Source of the DNA: Chiloscyllium plagiosum
Lineage: Eukaryota
Direction: 5' to 3'
Length of the DNA stretch: 64,000 bases
Assembly: GCF_004010195.1 (NCBI RefSeq)
Contig: NC_057718.1
Coordinates: forward strand, 20,140,372-20,204,371
Shown here piece after piece: positions 51,215 through 64,000 of the stretch. Under the pieces are notes generated by a model. That model saw only the letters and a program-made list of their open reading frames with translations. It did not search any database and was not told the origin of the DNA. Within the stretch, counting starts at the first letter, position 1. Every line of letters starts with the position of its first letter. The translations under genes and the position numbers were made by a program.

Positions 51215-52828
51215 TTAAAAGAAAAGGTTTAAGATTTAATAATAGAAATAACAGTTCATGCAAAATATTATTATGCTAAACACATCTTAAAATCAATATA
51301 CAACCTAAGATTGATCTGAGGGGACCATGAAAACAATTCAAAAGCTGAGCATCAGGCTTTAAGGGAATCCCTTGGTTTTCCTAACAATTCTGTTGTTAAA
51401 GCTGCAATGATGTGAGACTGAACCTCAAACCTTTCTTAGGTGTCTATCCAGTACATGTTGATCTCAATAGGGTAGCAGCGAGGTTAGTGTATATCTAAAA
51501 ATTAAATGAGGGGTCAGGCTCTGCTACAATGTCTTTCTTTAACCTAGGTTCTCAAACCTTGTTGCCATTCATATTCAAGGCTAACAATCAGAAACAGATT
51601 GTTAGACAAACTACCAAAATATAACTAAACTCTTCACCAGAATCAGTGCCTTAACAAAAGGGAGTAAACTGGAAATAATACATAAAGGGAGGTTTTCCAT
51701 TAAATACTCACTCACTCCTATCCCCCAATTTAGTAGCAAGCATATAGAGGTTTATTTCCAAATGGATAACATCCCTGTTTATTACAGAAAATTCAGTTTT
51801 AAAGAATACATTTCTAGCTGTCAAAAACTGAATTTCAGATCAAACACAAGCTCCATTTTTAAGAAAGGACATTCATCAGCGCTGAAGCAGATTTAATTAC
51901 TTGTTAAATTTATTAGTCACAATCTTTTGTGTCTCTATTCTTAGAGCTGAAGAAAAAATATATTGAGTTCTTAACACTAGTTTATAATTTAACAAATTAA
52001 ACAGTGTTAAATAATTTTAGATTGCAAGTTATATTTAGAAACTGAATCTTACGATACTATATTTGTACTCTTTAGGTGTTACACAATTTACAGAAGCATT
52101 CCCAAATTTTATTAAATGGATTGAGACTTTCAATGCAGGGATGTCCCCATCACAATGAAGTAATGTATAATATACAAGACCAGGGCGTCCGTCAATCATT
52201 AGGAAAGTTACTTCATTGAAGAATGCCAGAATTTCAGAGGATCTCAAATGGATGCCAAAACAAAACTAGTCTGGCTGAACAGTACGTCCCCTCTCTGCCA
52301 GAGAACCTCCCAGCAAAATCAAGAATGATAATGATTATTCAGACAGATAAGCGAAAGGACTGCATTTATTTTTGACAAATCTAAAATCATTCCATTAAAG
52401 AGAGAAAGTTTTCCCAATTCTTAGCTTGTGACATGTCTACATTGTGTGCCTAATTATTACTTTGATTCTGTGTAGAGCATTCAGAGGTTTATTTCAATAC
52501 AGTATTGCACATTCAGCTAGATAGGCACACAAATGGAGCAATTCTCAGATAAATAACTCTAAGACATGGACTGAAACTGGTACTGCACACTCCTTTTCAT
52601 TCCGAATGGATGCTCAGTCACAAGTGATCTAACATTATTTCAAAATACTTTTTTTTTTACATGTTAGGATTGTACATTTTATTATTCATTTAGAAATGCC
52701 ATTGAATAGGTGGCAGAGGGCCTTCTTAAGCCCTTTGGTGTATGTGGGGAAGATGCCCACAATGCAGGTTTTTTCAATTTCCAGACAATTTCAATCTCCC
52801 ACACATTATTTCGCGCATACACCTCTCA

Positions 52829-53017
<189 letters not shown>

Positions 53018-53599
53018 TTAAACATCAGATGTAATCGAATAGACTTCATGAAGAAGCTCATGGGATTTTAATGTTTAGTTTCACATTAACTGCTATCTTT
53101 TGAATTACATGCTGCACTCCACATTCTTCCTAGCCAAATATAGATTGCATCAATTCAAGTTCAAAAATTACAGAGCAATATTTCAATGAATGTTTGACAG
53201 ATTATCCCCACAAAAAGAAACTTAAATCAGCTAACATACTTGAAGTACACTGATTGCAGGCTGAAAAGCTAAGTATTAACTTAGTCGAACCAAAGTGAAG
53301 AACACAGTATTCAAAACCAAAGTGAAGAGCAGGATTGAGCATTTCACAATTTTCTTCTCCTGTTGATTTTTGCCATCATATTATGCAGCCAATTTCCAGA
53401 ATTTATTCTGTTGTCCTGGATCTTGCTCAGACTTTTCACGGGATGCCAATTTTATAATTCTACAAGTTCATTCACTCCACAAATTTTATTTAATTCTGTT
53501 CTTTTTCCTAAATAGGAGTGATTCCTATTCCACATTCTTTAGGGAAACAATTGGAGAATTCTGTCACTTCTATTTAGAAATGATCATATAATCAAGCAG

Positions 53600-54370
53600 A
53601 GTCACTTGGCAGTTAGGAAAGCAAATGCAAGATTAGCATTCGTTTCAAGGAGGTTAGAATTCAAGAGCAGAGATACACTGCTGAGGCTATATAAAGCTCT
53701 AATTAGAGCGTATTCTGAATGTTGAGAGCAGTCTTGGGCCCATATCTAAAGGAGGAGAATGTGCTGGCATTGGAGACGGTCCAGAGGAAATTTATGAGAA
53801 TGATCCTGGGGATGAAGGGTTTTTCATATGAGCAGTTGAGAATTCTGGATCTGTACTCAGAATATTCAAGGGTGGTGGGGAAGAATCTCTGAGTCTTACA
53901 AAATACCAAGGGAACTGAATAGAGTGGACGTGGAGAAGATGTTTCCATCAGTAGGAGAGCCTTGGACTCGAGGGCACAGTCTCAGAGTGAAGAGACAACT
54001 CTTTAGAACAGAGACAAGGAGGATGTTTTTCAGCCAGAGGGTAGTTATCCGTGGAACTCAGCCTACACAGCATTGTAATAATTGAATGTATTTAAGATGG
54101 AGGAGCCAGTGTTGGACTGGGGTGGACAAAGTTCAAAATCACAACACCTTGTTATAATCAAACAGGTTTATTTGGAAGCACTGCTTCTTCATCATGCGGT
54201 TGTGACGCAGAACCATAAGACAACTTATAACAAAAGCTTAGTGTCATGCGGCTGAAATACGATAGATAGATTCTTGGTAAGAAACAGGATCAAGGATTAG
54301 GAGAAGGCAGGACAACAGGGTTGAGAGCCATGACTGAATGGCCTAATTCTGCATCTATATCTTAAACGTC
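53600..54370 (+). mobile_element. CR1 LINE 3' part with a PLE terminus fragment (54107-54260) inserted
   Basis: LRLYKAL, ALETVQRKFMRMILG, FRTETRRMFFSQRV motifs; the insert matches the 44667 family. Confidence 0.75.
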
Positions 54371-55184
54371 TTTATAAGGCCATACAAACAGCAATCATAT
54401 GATACAATTATAATGACTTTAAAAAATATCAGATATAAATGTACAAAGTTGCACAAAGCTATGAAGCACTCTAGTAAGACATTTAACTCAGTGCTCTATA
54501 AAGCATAATAAAACTTACATAAAACAGTATTGGAAATTTATGCAACAGTATCCTGGTGTCTTTTCTTATCCAAGAACCAGATTATTTATAAAGTTTACTT
54601 CAGTGTGTATGCAAAGCTTTTTCACTGTTCCTCTGAAACTAAGACACTTTTATAATTCTTGAATTTATCCAAACTTTGTGGAGAATTTTAAGCTTCTGCA
54701 ATACTGATGATTCAATTAGTCATAAATATCTGTGATTTTAACAATGGTGCACTCATCACATTTGTTTCAATCTCTCTACAGCCTTTGGAGTAGATACAGG
54801 AAGAGATCATCCTCCAATACCTGAATGGAAATTCCTTAACCAATTCCTATTGTGGCAAAGGCAAAACAGTAAAACCTTAATTTCCCATCCTTACTTTGTT
54901 ACTTTTGGATAAGTAGACAAAACCACCATCACACCTCTCACCCACAACCAAATGATCACCTCACACGAGCACTGATAACACCCAGCTGTTTGTAGCTCCA
55001 TCATTTCTCCCAGACTTTCAATTATGGAGTCAACTTGTTTGAGACTCAATCATGAATGAGTTACTTCAGTCAAAACATAGTTAGGCCAAAAGTATCAGCC
55101 TCTCCACAAACTCCAAATGTTACTGCCATAAAGGCTCTTAAAGACCATTCAAGACCAAACCACGAAAAAACACAACCCAGCAGC

Positions 55185-55839
55185 ATTCACCTGCACATCC
55201 AATGTAATTTATTGTATCCGTTGCTCCCGATGCAGTCTCCTTTACGTTGGGGAGACTGGACACCTTCTCGCTTTAGGGAACATCTCCGGGACAACAGCAC
55301 CAATCAACCCAACTGCCCCATTGCCGAACATTTCAACTCCCCCACCCACTCAGCCAAGGACATGGAGGTCCTGGGCCTCCTCCACCACCACTCCCTCACC
55401 ACCCAACACCTGGAGGAAGAACACATCTTCTGCCTCGGAACTCTTCAACTCGAGGGCATCAATGTGGACTTCACCAGTTCCCTCATTTCCCCTCCTCCCA
55501 CCTTTCCCCAGTTCCAATCTTCTCGCTCAGCACCACCCTCATGACCTGCCCCACCTGGCAATCCTCCTTCCCACTATCCGCTCCACCCTCCTCTGACTTA
55601 TCACCTTCAGCCCCACCTCCATCCACCTATTGTACTCTTGGCTACCTTCTTCCCCAGCCCCACCCACCCCTCCCATTTATCTCTCCATTCCAGAGGCTCC
55701 CTGCCTCATTCCTGATGAAGGGCTCCTGCCTGAAACATCAATTTTCCTGCTCCTTGGATGCTGCCTGACCTGCTGTGCTTTTCCAGCACCACTCTAATCT
55801 AGACTCTGATCTCCAGCATCTGCAGTCCTCACTTTTGCC
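55185..55839 (+). mobile_element. Penelope-like element 3' end (GIY-YIG endonuclease + pseudo-LTR + hammerhead motif)
   Basis: FTCTSNVIYCIRCSRCSLLYVGETG / RFREHLRD...PIAEHFNSPTHS...LEEEHIFCLGTLQ; CTGATGAAGGGCTCCTGCCTGAAACATC at 55712-55739; same terminal tail as the fold-back inserts. Confidence 0.85.
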
Positions 55840-56398
55840 AAGCATTCTTTTTGGCCTACCCCACATGAAGCACCATGAGGTGGTCATCTATATTAAAAAG
55901 TACTATATACATACAAGTCACTAGCCCAGGCAGCATGTTGAGAATGTCACCAGAAGTGAAAATCCACTGAATAGCATTAAAAACAAATATTGTTTTTTTA
56001 ATGCTATTAAACAACAAAGTAGGTGAAGTACTGAGTAACAATATGGGACCTGGGTTCAAATCTTGATTGGACTGACAAGACGAAACTGTGGCCAGTTTAG
56101 TAGCTTCAATATCAAGAGTGAGAAATTTTAACATCCCGGAAAGCGGCTTTTCGGCCCATTTCAAATGATTGAGAACGGGCCGGCAGTATAAACGAGGCAG
56201 AGTTCAGATAGCTCAGAATGCAAAACCCCTTCGCATTATCAGGAATGAAGGCGAGAGGGAGACAAATTTCCCAAATTGCTGAAGAGCCAATCCTTTTTCC
56301 CAAAACAGCCTTGGACTCCACCCACCCGGATTCTCGCTACCACTCCCCCCTACAAATCCGCCACCTAAACAGCAACAGTCTGTAAGGGCAGGGCCTAC

Positions 56399-56486
56399 CT
56401 TCACTGTCTGGCGAAGAGACGAAGGTGAAGTCCCCGTTGTTGGGACTGAAGTGCTGCCGCGGCAGATCGCTTCCGTGCGGGTTCAT
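56399..56486 (-). CDS. YIPF4: YIPF4 coding exon 1
   Basis: MNPHGSDLPRQHFSPNNGDFTFVSSPDSE, matching the vertebrate YIPF4 N-terminus (NGDFTFVSS); Kozak CACCATGA; donor GTAGGC; 88 nt. Confidence 0.93.
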
Positions 56487-56489
56487 GGT

Positions 56490-57020
56490 GCCTCTGCGGG
56501 GGAGGGTGACCAGGCCGGCTCTCGAGCCCGCACGAGCTTCTACCGCTAACCGTTCAATACTCTCGCGCAACACCACGACCACCCCGAATACGTCACAGGG
56601 CCGGCGGCACCAGAGAAGGAGATAGGAGGCGCCTGCGCACAACTATCTTCCGCGGGGCGCGGCCAATGTAGCGTCACATGATGTTCGCCTCACCCTCCCC
56701 CAAAACCACAGCCAACAAAACCCTCTCCCATTGGATCGTGCCACTAACCAATCGGAATGTGCTATGCTCCCCCCCGAACTTTTGGCGGGTAAACATCGAT
56801 GTGTCTTTAAATGTGTATGAATCGTTTCCAAAATCGAATAACAGGTGGTGCCAGGAATGGTATAACGCAGTTGTGGTCCGTATTGATGAAGTAGGTATCG
56901 TGAAAATGTCACAAACGAAATAAACTGGTCGTTTAATCGATTTATGATCCTTGTACGCTCGCCGACTGTGGATATGAGTCGGTGCCGGCCGGGGTCACGG
57001 CTACGAATGTCTCCAGCTTT
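56490..57020. promoter_or_regulatory. CpG-rich bidirectional promoter between YIPF4 and EXO1
   Basis: Local CpG enrichment. GCGCCTGCGCA (NRF1-like) 56629-56639; CCAAT boxes 56663, 56730(-), 56748; GTCACATGA E-box 56673; TTTTGGCGGG (E2F-like) 56780-56789. Confidence 0.75.
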
Positions 57021-57844
57021 TGTTTTGCACTGGTAGATATTTCCAACTAATGTTCCTCAACCGGCTGAGTTCAATAGGAGATTGATCAGAACCTCCACCC
57101 AATCATTGGTTGTTCAATCCACCAGAGGGGGTACCCTGGCTTCTGCACTCTGGCCGTGTGGTTTCTGCTTCGATCGTTTCCAACAGCAACTTGCGGGTTA
57201 CATAAAATTGCCGCGAAAAATGTATCCAAATGCTTAGCAGGTACTTTACGAACGAAAATCGGACACAGAATGAGATATTAGGGCAGTATGCCAAGAACTA
57301 GGTAGAAGAAATAGATTTTAAGGAATGTCGTAAATAGAAAAAAGCTGGGAGGTTCCGAAGGTTAGGGGTGAAGGCACGGCCACTGATGATGGCATAGTTA
57401 AAACCTGGGATGCTCGAGTGGTTTAAGTTGGTTTCTGACTGTAGGTTGTTTGTTTTTATTGTCACATTTACTGGTGGAGTCTTGCCTCATTCCAATTATT
57501 ATCTGGCCCATTTAAAGACTTCACAAGCCCACTTGTACTGTGTATTTTAGTTGGCACATAATAATATCAGAATAATACAAGAATTTAATGTTGGACAATT
57601 GGTGTATTATTGCTAATGCCAGTGAATATATAAAATGGTACAATAACGTGTTAAACAGTGGCTCGGGACTGAAGTAGTTTAAATAATATGTAATATTTAA
57701 CGCCATTGAAAAAGCGATTATGGGAGCAAAAATGTAAAGTTTAAGAAAACCTTTGGAGAAGCATGTCAAATTTAATTTGGCACTAAATTGGAAAACAAGT
57801 AATCATAATCGCTGTATATAAAGGAGAATTGTAAATAGAAATAT

Positions 57845-58170
57845 AAAATGCTGGACATACACAGCAGGGTAGATCTGGACTGAATAAAAGCAAATTACTG
57901 CAGATGCTGGAATCCAGCATCTGCAGTAATTTGCTTTTATCCAGTGTTTAACTCACTGCCACCTCTTCCAGGAATGCCTACCCTGGAGAAGTACTGCTCT
58001 TCTCTCCGACATGATTTTTGTTTGTCTCTCTCCCTCTGTTCACCTTCACTGCTTTCCTTTTCTCTCTCAGCTTTGACAAAGGATCAGTTAGACTCGAAAC
58101 GTCAGCTCTTTTCTCTGCTTACAGATGCTGCCAGACTTGCTGAGATTTTCCAGCATTTTGTCTTTTTTAG
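57845..58170. mobile_element. PLE terminus fragments including a 33-bp-arm palindrome and a degenerate hammerhead
   Basis: Palindrome at 57879-57945 built from the CTGCAGATGCTGG tail; TTGACAAAGGATCAGTTAGACTCGAAACGTC at 58073-58103. Confidence 0.6.
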
Positions 58171-61100
58171 AACGAACTGAAACACAGTTAACTTATTGGA
58201 TCAATGATCCTTCTAAAGTCCAGAGGTTTAAGAATAGATGTATAAGTTATGCTTACTGAGACAGCCATGAAATTTAACAAGACAGCCATAAACCTGTGAC
58301 AATGCCTGGGATCTTAAGTGATCAGTTCAGAATGTCATTGAGCTGAATTAAACCACAAAAATCAGTTGTCAATTTCAGGGAGTTTAATAGTGGGTTTCAT
58401 GTACTACACCTTTCTGGTGCTGTGGTCACGTTTTGGTGGACTGACAATAATGGAACTAGTTGCAACTTCCACCTGCACCATATTTAAACCCCAGCTGCAC
58501 ACCTGTTCAATCATTGCTAGGTGTGAATAGCACTTCCACAGTTGATTTTTTTGGGGGGTGGTTGTGATCACAGTTACCTAACACAAGCAATCAACAATTG
58601 TCTGATGGCTTACAGATTTTAAGAAACAGCAGTTTAGATATGATACATAAATTAATTAGACAAAGACAGTTAGGAATTGTTTACTGATAATAGAAGACAA
58701 AACAGACTGTTGGCATGGAACTGTAAATGAAAATTGTGAAAACAGCATCCTGCTTTGTATCTGAGTGTTAGGGAACTCTTCTCTAGGTCATTCTTTTCTT
58801 CTTTTAGTCCATCTCCCTTTTGGAGACAACAATTGAGCACCATCTGATGAGGAATGTCTTTACCGCAAGCATTTGCTAATATGCACTACATGAGGGAGGG
58901 AGCTTATGCTATGTCACTCAATTTCCTGAATCCTTTTGACCATCTTGTCAGATGACCATTGTCCCCTTGCCCACCTCCATTTGAAGGTTAGTTCCCATTT
59001 CTCCAAAGAGTCCAACCTTACTTTTGAAAACACTGCATTCATAAGAGGGTTGTATGGCACCTGATAAATCTAGTAGACTGTATATGGATGCATGTGGCAC
59101 AAGCCACGTCATACAAATGCAGGAGATTTTAAATGCAGTAGGATTCATGAATACCTCCCATTCACTTGAGAAAGGCAGCACTGCATATAAGACCTTATTA
59201 GCAAATACTGGGTACTTGCAGTTCAGGGTGAGAGAAAATCAGCTATGTAGCCTTATGCAGTTTATGACTGTCTTTATGAATTCTGGCCTGCAAATCATAC
59301 TTTTCACACTGCCTGTGTTGACATGGTCAAGATTGCTTGCAGTCAGGATTTGTGTCCCACATTGTTAGTTGTCACATGTGTTTAACATGGAGAATTCTAT
59401 GATTGCAGACATCTCTAACTTGTTCTGTGTAAATACATGATTAATGTAATTGCCCCCGAAGAGCTTTGCATTGCTGAGAAGTTGAACCCCTGGTTTTAGA
59501 CTGAAAAACCTGTCTGATGGGAAACCAAGCCTAGTGGCAGCTATTTTTTTAAAAAAAATTCTAATGCACATTTACCATTTAGATGAAGTTGGAAAGCAAT
59601 GCTGGTCAACTTCATAGAGTAAGTCATGCTTAGTCTGTTAACCTAGGTGACCAAGATATAAGGTCCCTCAAGAACCCCCCCGCCCCATCACATGTTCATG
59701 TTCCTTTCTCATTCCATATCAATTTTATCATTCTCGTTTCTGCCCAACTCTTGCAAAGATTTTGCATATGTAAATGTATTGACATTGTCATACATCACAC
59801 TAAATTAGGTGTACATTTTTGAAGATAAGAACTACTTTTTATACGTTTTTTTAAGATAGCACTTTGATCACAACTACTCCCTAACTCTTTTCTCATGCTT
59901 GCTTTTCTTACCTCTGATTTATTTTCCATTTCGAAGTCTGGCGGTATGTCCTTGCAATTTGTGTTAGCAAGGAGTCTTTTAATATCTGTAAACGTTTCAC
60001 CCCTTTGACTCGCTCCCTCCCTTTGTCAGTTTATTTGAGGGTAGTTGAAATCCCCATGATTATAATGTGTCTTTTTTTTCACGTATTTGCTCATATATTT
60101 CTTTCCACAATTTAATTGTCTGTGATGCGATCACCAAATTACCTTTCATATTCTTTGTAATCATTATGCATTCTCTTTATTTCTGTGCTAAGTATGCCTG
60201 TTTTTGCTGATGCTATTGTTGTTTTTGAATTATACAGCTACCCATCACCCTTCTTTATTCCCTGTCTTCGATATAACATTGTGCAGTATCTATCTTAACC
60301 TGTCTGCAGACCTGCCTATTATCCTTACTGGAACTTTGAATAAAATGTAGGTGTTTTGCAAAATGGTTACTTAATCAGCATTTGGTCTCCACATTGTAAA
60401 GACACCCATTGTTCATTGAATTGTACAGTGCTTTGCCTAACTATTCATTGTCTCACTAGACTGTTGTTTTGAGTCTTGAGCAGTGGAATGACGGTAGATG
60501 AATCGTTATGTTTTGCATTGGCTTTGAGTGCCCAGGCAACCTATCAGGGAGTGATGATTAAATCTGGATTTTTGGGGGAAATGATTCCTTTAAAAAGCTG
60601 GTGATCAGAGAAAATAATGTTGCAAGTGGAGGACATGGTTGAAGGTGATTCTTGAATGAAGATAAAGACACTGTCAACTTCATGGATTAGGATAAAGAAT
60701 GGAGCAATAACATGGGAATTGGCCAACAGTCCTGTTTGCTGTGAGTGAGGCAAAAAGGATATTTTGGAAGCTTTGAAAAGTGATACCCTGAGAGTATTTG
60801 CAATGCAGGTGGAAATCTGGAAGATGGAACTGGAGTCTTTAGAAGTAGCTGGTTAATAAGAAATACAATTGCAGGAACTGATTGACTTGTAATAATAAAT
60901 GACAATAGAAGAAGGAACAAAAAAATGCTAATGGAAAGGAAGATTCTTTGAACTACATAAGAATAAAAAAGGATAGAAGTTTGAAACTAAATTAATAAAA
61001 TTCTCTCTAGCAAAGAATGAGACTAGACTCGAAGTGTCAACTCTTTCTCTTTCCACAGCTGCTGCCAGACATCTGTAGTTACTCTAGCATTTTCTGTTAA

Positions 61101-61729
61101 TTTCAGATTTCCAGCACCTGCTGATGCTTTTATTATAATAAAATTCTTTGAACTTGAGCACAAACAGGGAGTAATACTATCACAGTTATCAACATAAAAA
61201 GACATTCTACTAAAGATCCAAATAGAACTGGAACAAAGAATATTCAACATGAGTGTTGGGCAGTGTTGTGTTGACTTACATCTAAAAGATTCATCAACAT
61301 TGGTTTAAATGTAAATAGTGAAATATGTGCAAGGCCCATACTGAAACTGCAACCTTCTGACTCAGAATCAAGAGTTTGATTAACTGATCTAAACAGCTCC
61401 TTTTTAATATACTCAAAGCACGTTTGAAAATTCGTAAGTAGTACAGAAGGTGCATTTACTTGACTGTTAATTGGGACAGTATTTTGCAACTGTTTTGTAG
61501 TCTCAGTACTTTACCACTATAAACAGCTGTTTATGCTGCAGCCAATTTTAGTATTGTAAAAACCTCAATAACCTGCCCTCAGTTCAAATGAATGATAAAG
61601 CACTTATAAGGACTAGATTGGACTTGATCATCGGTACTTTAACTTTTACTAATATTCAAATTACATGCCATGTATTTTAGCCTATGAGTACTTGTGAAAA
61701 CTTTAATCCTTCAGAAATAAAAGCAGACC

Positions 61730-61890
61730 ATGGGGATTCAAGGATTACTGCAGTTTGTTAAGGAAGCCTCAGAACCAATTCATATCAAGAAGTACAAAGG
61801 ACAGACTGTGGCATTGGATATGTACTGCTGGCTGCACAAAGGAGCTTTTGCATGTGCTGATAAATTAGCACAAGGAGAACAGACTGATCA
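61730..61890 (+). CDS. EXO1: EXO1 first coding exon
   Basis: [53 protein letters not shown] (XPG-N domain of exonuclease 1); acceptor TTCAG at 61714; donor GTAAGT; 161 nt. Confidence 0.97.
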
Positions 61891-62628
61891 GTAAGTTCCT
61901 TCTTGCTGCTTTTTTAAACTCGTATTATGTTTACTTCACCATGAAATATTTACAGTAGAATTATTTTCTGCATTTTTTTAGTTTGTTTGATAAATCTTAT
62001 TGGTTAAAACCACCCAATGCCATGTGATAAAATGACTAAAAATTGACTCTTGTCCATATGCAAATATGATTTCTAATTGGAGAAACCATTTGTAAATTAT
62101 TTCCCCTTGAAATGCTAGTCATTCGAACTGCAAGGGAACAAAACTGTCATTTCAAGATTAATGATCAGGGGAGATATGGAATTTATAAACTATCAATTTA
62201 ACAAAATGCCACGTTATTCTTATTTTAATAAATGTTGTTGAGAGGTAGATTCCTGAGTGCAATATCCTTAAACAGTCTTATTCTAGTTCGTAAATCTGTA
62301 ACGCACAACTGTCTGTATTTCATCATCAAATTGCCAATATTACCCAGATAAGCAATAACAATAACTGATTTTCCTCCTGTGAATTATTCTGTGTTGTACT
62401 TGACCATGGTATGCTTTACTTACAGCAATATCTGTTTTTATCAACTAACAGGCCAGACAGCATCCATATGGAGAGAAACAGTTAATGTTTTATGTCATTT
62501 TGATGAAAAGTCATCAATATGCTTTAAATTGCTTACAAATATATAGATGTATTTCATTTAAGCAGCTTGATTTTTGGTTTATTTAGTGATTTTTTTTCTA
62601 ATACTTCTAAATTTGTCTTTTGTTTCAG

Positions 62629-62748
62629 ATATGTCAATTATTGTATGAAATTTGTTGAAATGTTGGACTCATTTGGAGTCAAGCCAATCTTAGTTTTTGA
62701 TGGATGCACTTTACCTTCTAAAGAAGCAGTTGAAAAGGCTCGAAGATT
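62629..62748 (+). CDS. EXO1: EXO1 coding exon 2
   Basis: [50 protein letters not shown]; 120 nt. Confidence 0.97.
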
Positions 62749-63180
62749 GTAAGTCGTAAATGTCTACAATGAGTTTATGGTTCCTGTGGTTTCGGAGATT
62801 TTCTTGGTGTGTTTACTAATGATAACTTAGAGAAAGTAAAGTGCTGGTTCATTGTTTTATTTAACATGCTGCATTAACTAAATGTATAACTGGCTAAACA
62901 TTTTTCATTTCTTACAAATAACGAAACTCTATTTATTAAAATGTTGTTATTATTTTCAATCAATGTACTATAGAAATAACTTAATATTCCTGAGGGCTAG
63001 ATTATTGAGCAATAAATCTAGTTAAAGTTTTGTTTTAGTGCCAGCTGCAACATGATGAGTTTCTTGCTCTCAGCAGTAATCTGCTGTTATATACTACTGT
63101 TCTAATTTGTGTCACTTATCTGTGCAGCTGTTCATGCATATGATTAAGACACATTTATGCTTTGGTTTTCTGCCTTACAG

Positions 63181-63304
63181 ACGTAGGCAAGCAAACTTGC
63201 AGAAAGGAAAGCAGTACCTTCGCGAAGGGAAGACAAAAGAAGCTAGAGAGTGTTTTACCCGGTCTGTCAACATAACATCTGCCATGGCTTATGAAGTCAT
63301 AAAA
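63181..63304 (+). CDS. EXO1: EXO1 coding exon 3
   Basis: [46 protein letters not shown] acceptor; GCAAGT donor; 124 nt. Confidence 0.94.
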
Positions 63305-63968
63305 GCAAGTGATTACATGTTTACTTTCTGCTTCTGTAACTTGTGCATAGAACTCAGTTTGTAAGTTCAGATTTTTATTTCTATCCTCGTGATTTTTCTG
63401 GCCATTGTTTAGATCTTTCCAAAATAGTTCACAAATTCCCAGCTTTATATTACAACGAATGTACATCACAGAAATTGGCTGCTCAGCCTAACTGGTCCAT
63501 GTCCGTATTTGTGCGTCATTGCAAGCCTCTTCCCTCTCCAAACTAATTTTGATAGCATATTTCTCTAGTCCTTTCTCCCTCATGGGCATATCCAACTTTG
63601 CCTTGAAGGCATCTGTGTTCTTCACCATGATAGCATACCTGCTGCATGTGGTAGAACATTACACTTTTCATTGCTCTATGGGTCAAGACATTTCTCCTGA
63701 TTTCATGACTGAATTTATTAAAACATCATAATTTTTTTTAGGAAGTCCATTCCATCCCCAAGTCTGACCTGCTGTTTGGGAAGATAATTGGTTTAAGATT
63801 TGGTAATGGAGAGGGAATCATCTCGGGTTTCCATTTCAGCTGTTGTCTTTTGGTTTTGCAATAGCATTTTAAATTGTTATTGATTATGGATTGCAGTGCA
63901 AAGGAAATTAAATAAGACAATTTGTTTTAAAAGAAAGAACAATTTTGTTTTTTTTTGTACCAATACAG

Positions 63969-64000
63969 GCAGCAAGAATGAGGGGAATGGATTGTATTGT
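63969..64000 (+). CDS. EXO1: EXO1 coding exon 4 (partial, runs off the window)
   Basis: Polypyrimidine tract + TACAG, then AARMRGMDCIV, matching EXO1 AARxxGxDCxVAPYEAD. Confidence 0.88.

Overview
This is eukaryotic, repeat-rich vertebrate DNA, most likely from a shark or other cartilaginous fish, judged from HE1-like tRNA-derived SINEs that share their 3' tail with CR1/HER1-like LINEs. Two host genes are well supported. YIPF4 lies on the minus strand with 6 coding exons (56486..44116, 744 nt, 247 aa). The 5' part of EXO1 lies on the plus strand (coding exons from 61730 to the window end) and needs a GC-AG intron. The two genes are head-to-head across a CpG-rich promoter with NRF1, CCAAT and E2F-like motifs. 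The first ~42 kb is a nest of decayed retroelements: four Gmr1-like Gypsy LTR retrotransposons (SCAN-type Gag, integrase upstream of RT), a solo LTR, and CR1, Rex1 and RTE LINE pieces plus SINEs. The most striking signal is a set of Penelope-like element (PLE) termini from several families that carry minimal hammerhead ribozyme motifs (CTGANGA-N-hairpin-GAAA-[CG/GC]-TH) with covarying stems. They occur repeatedly as short fold-back insertions with 14-16 bp target-site duplications and as a 313-nt two-ribozyme mini-element. All homology calls were made by eye without database searches, and repeat boundaries are approximate unless a TSD is quoted.
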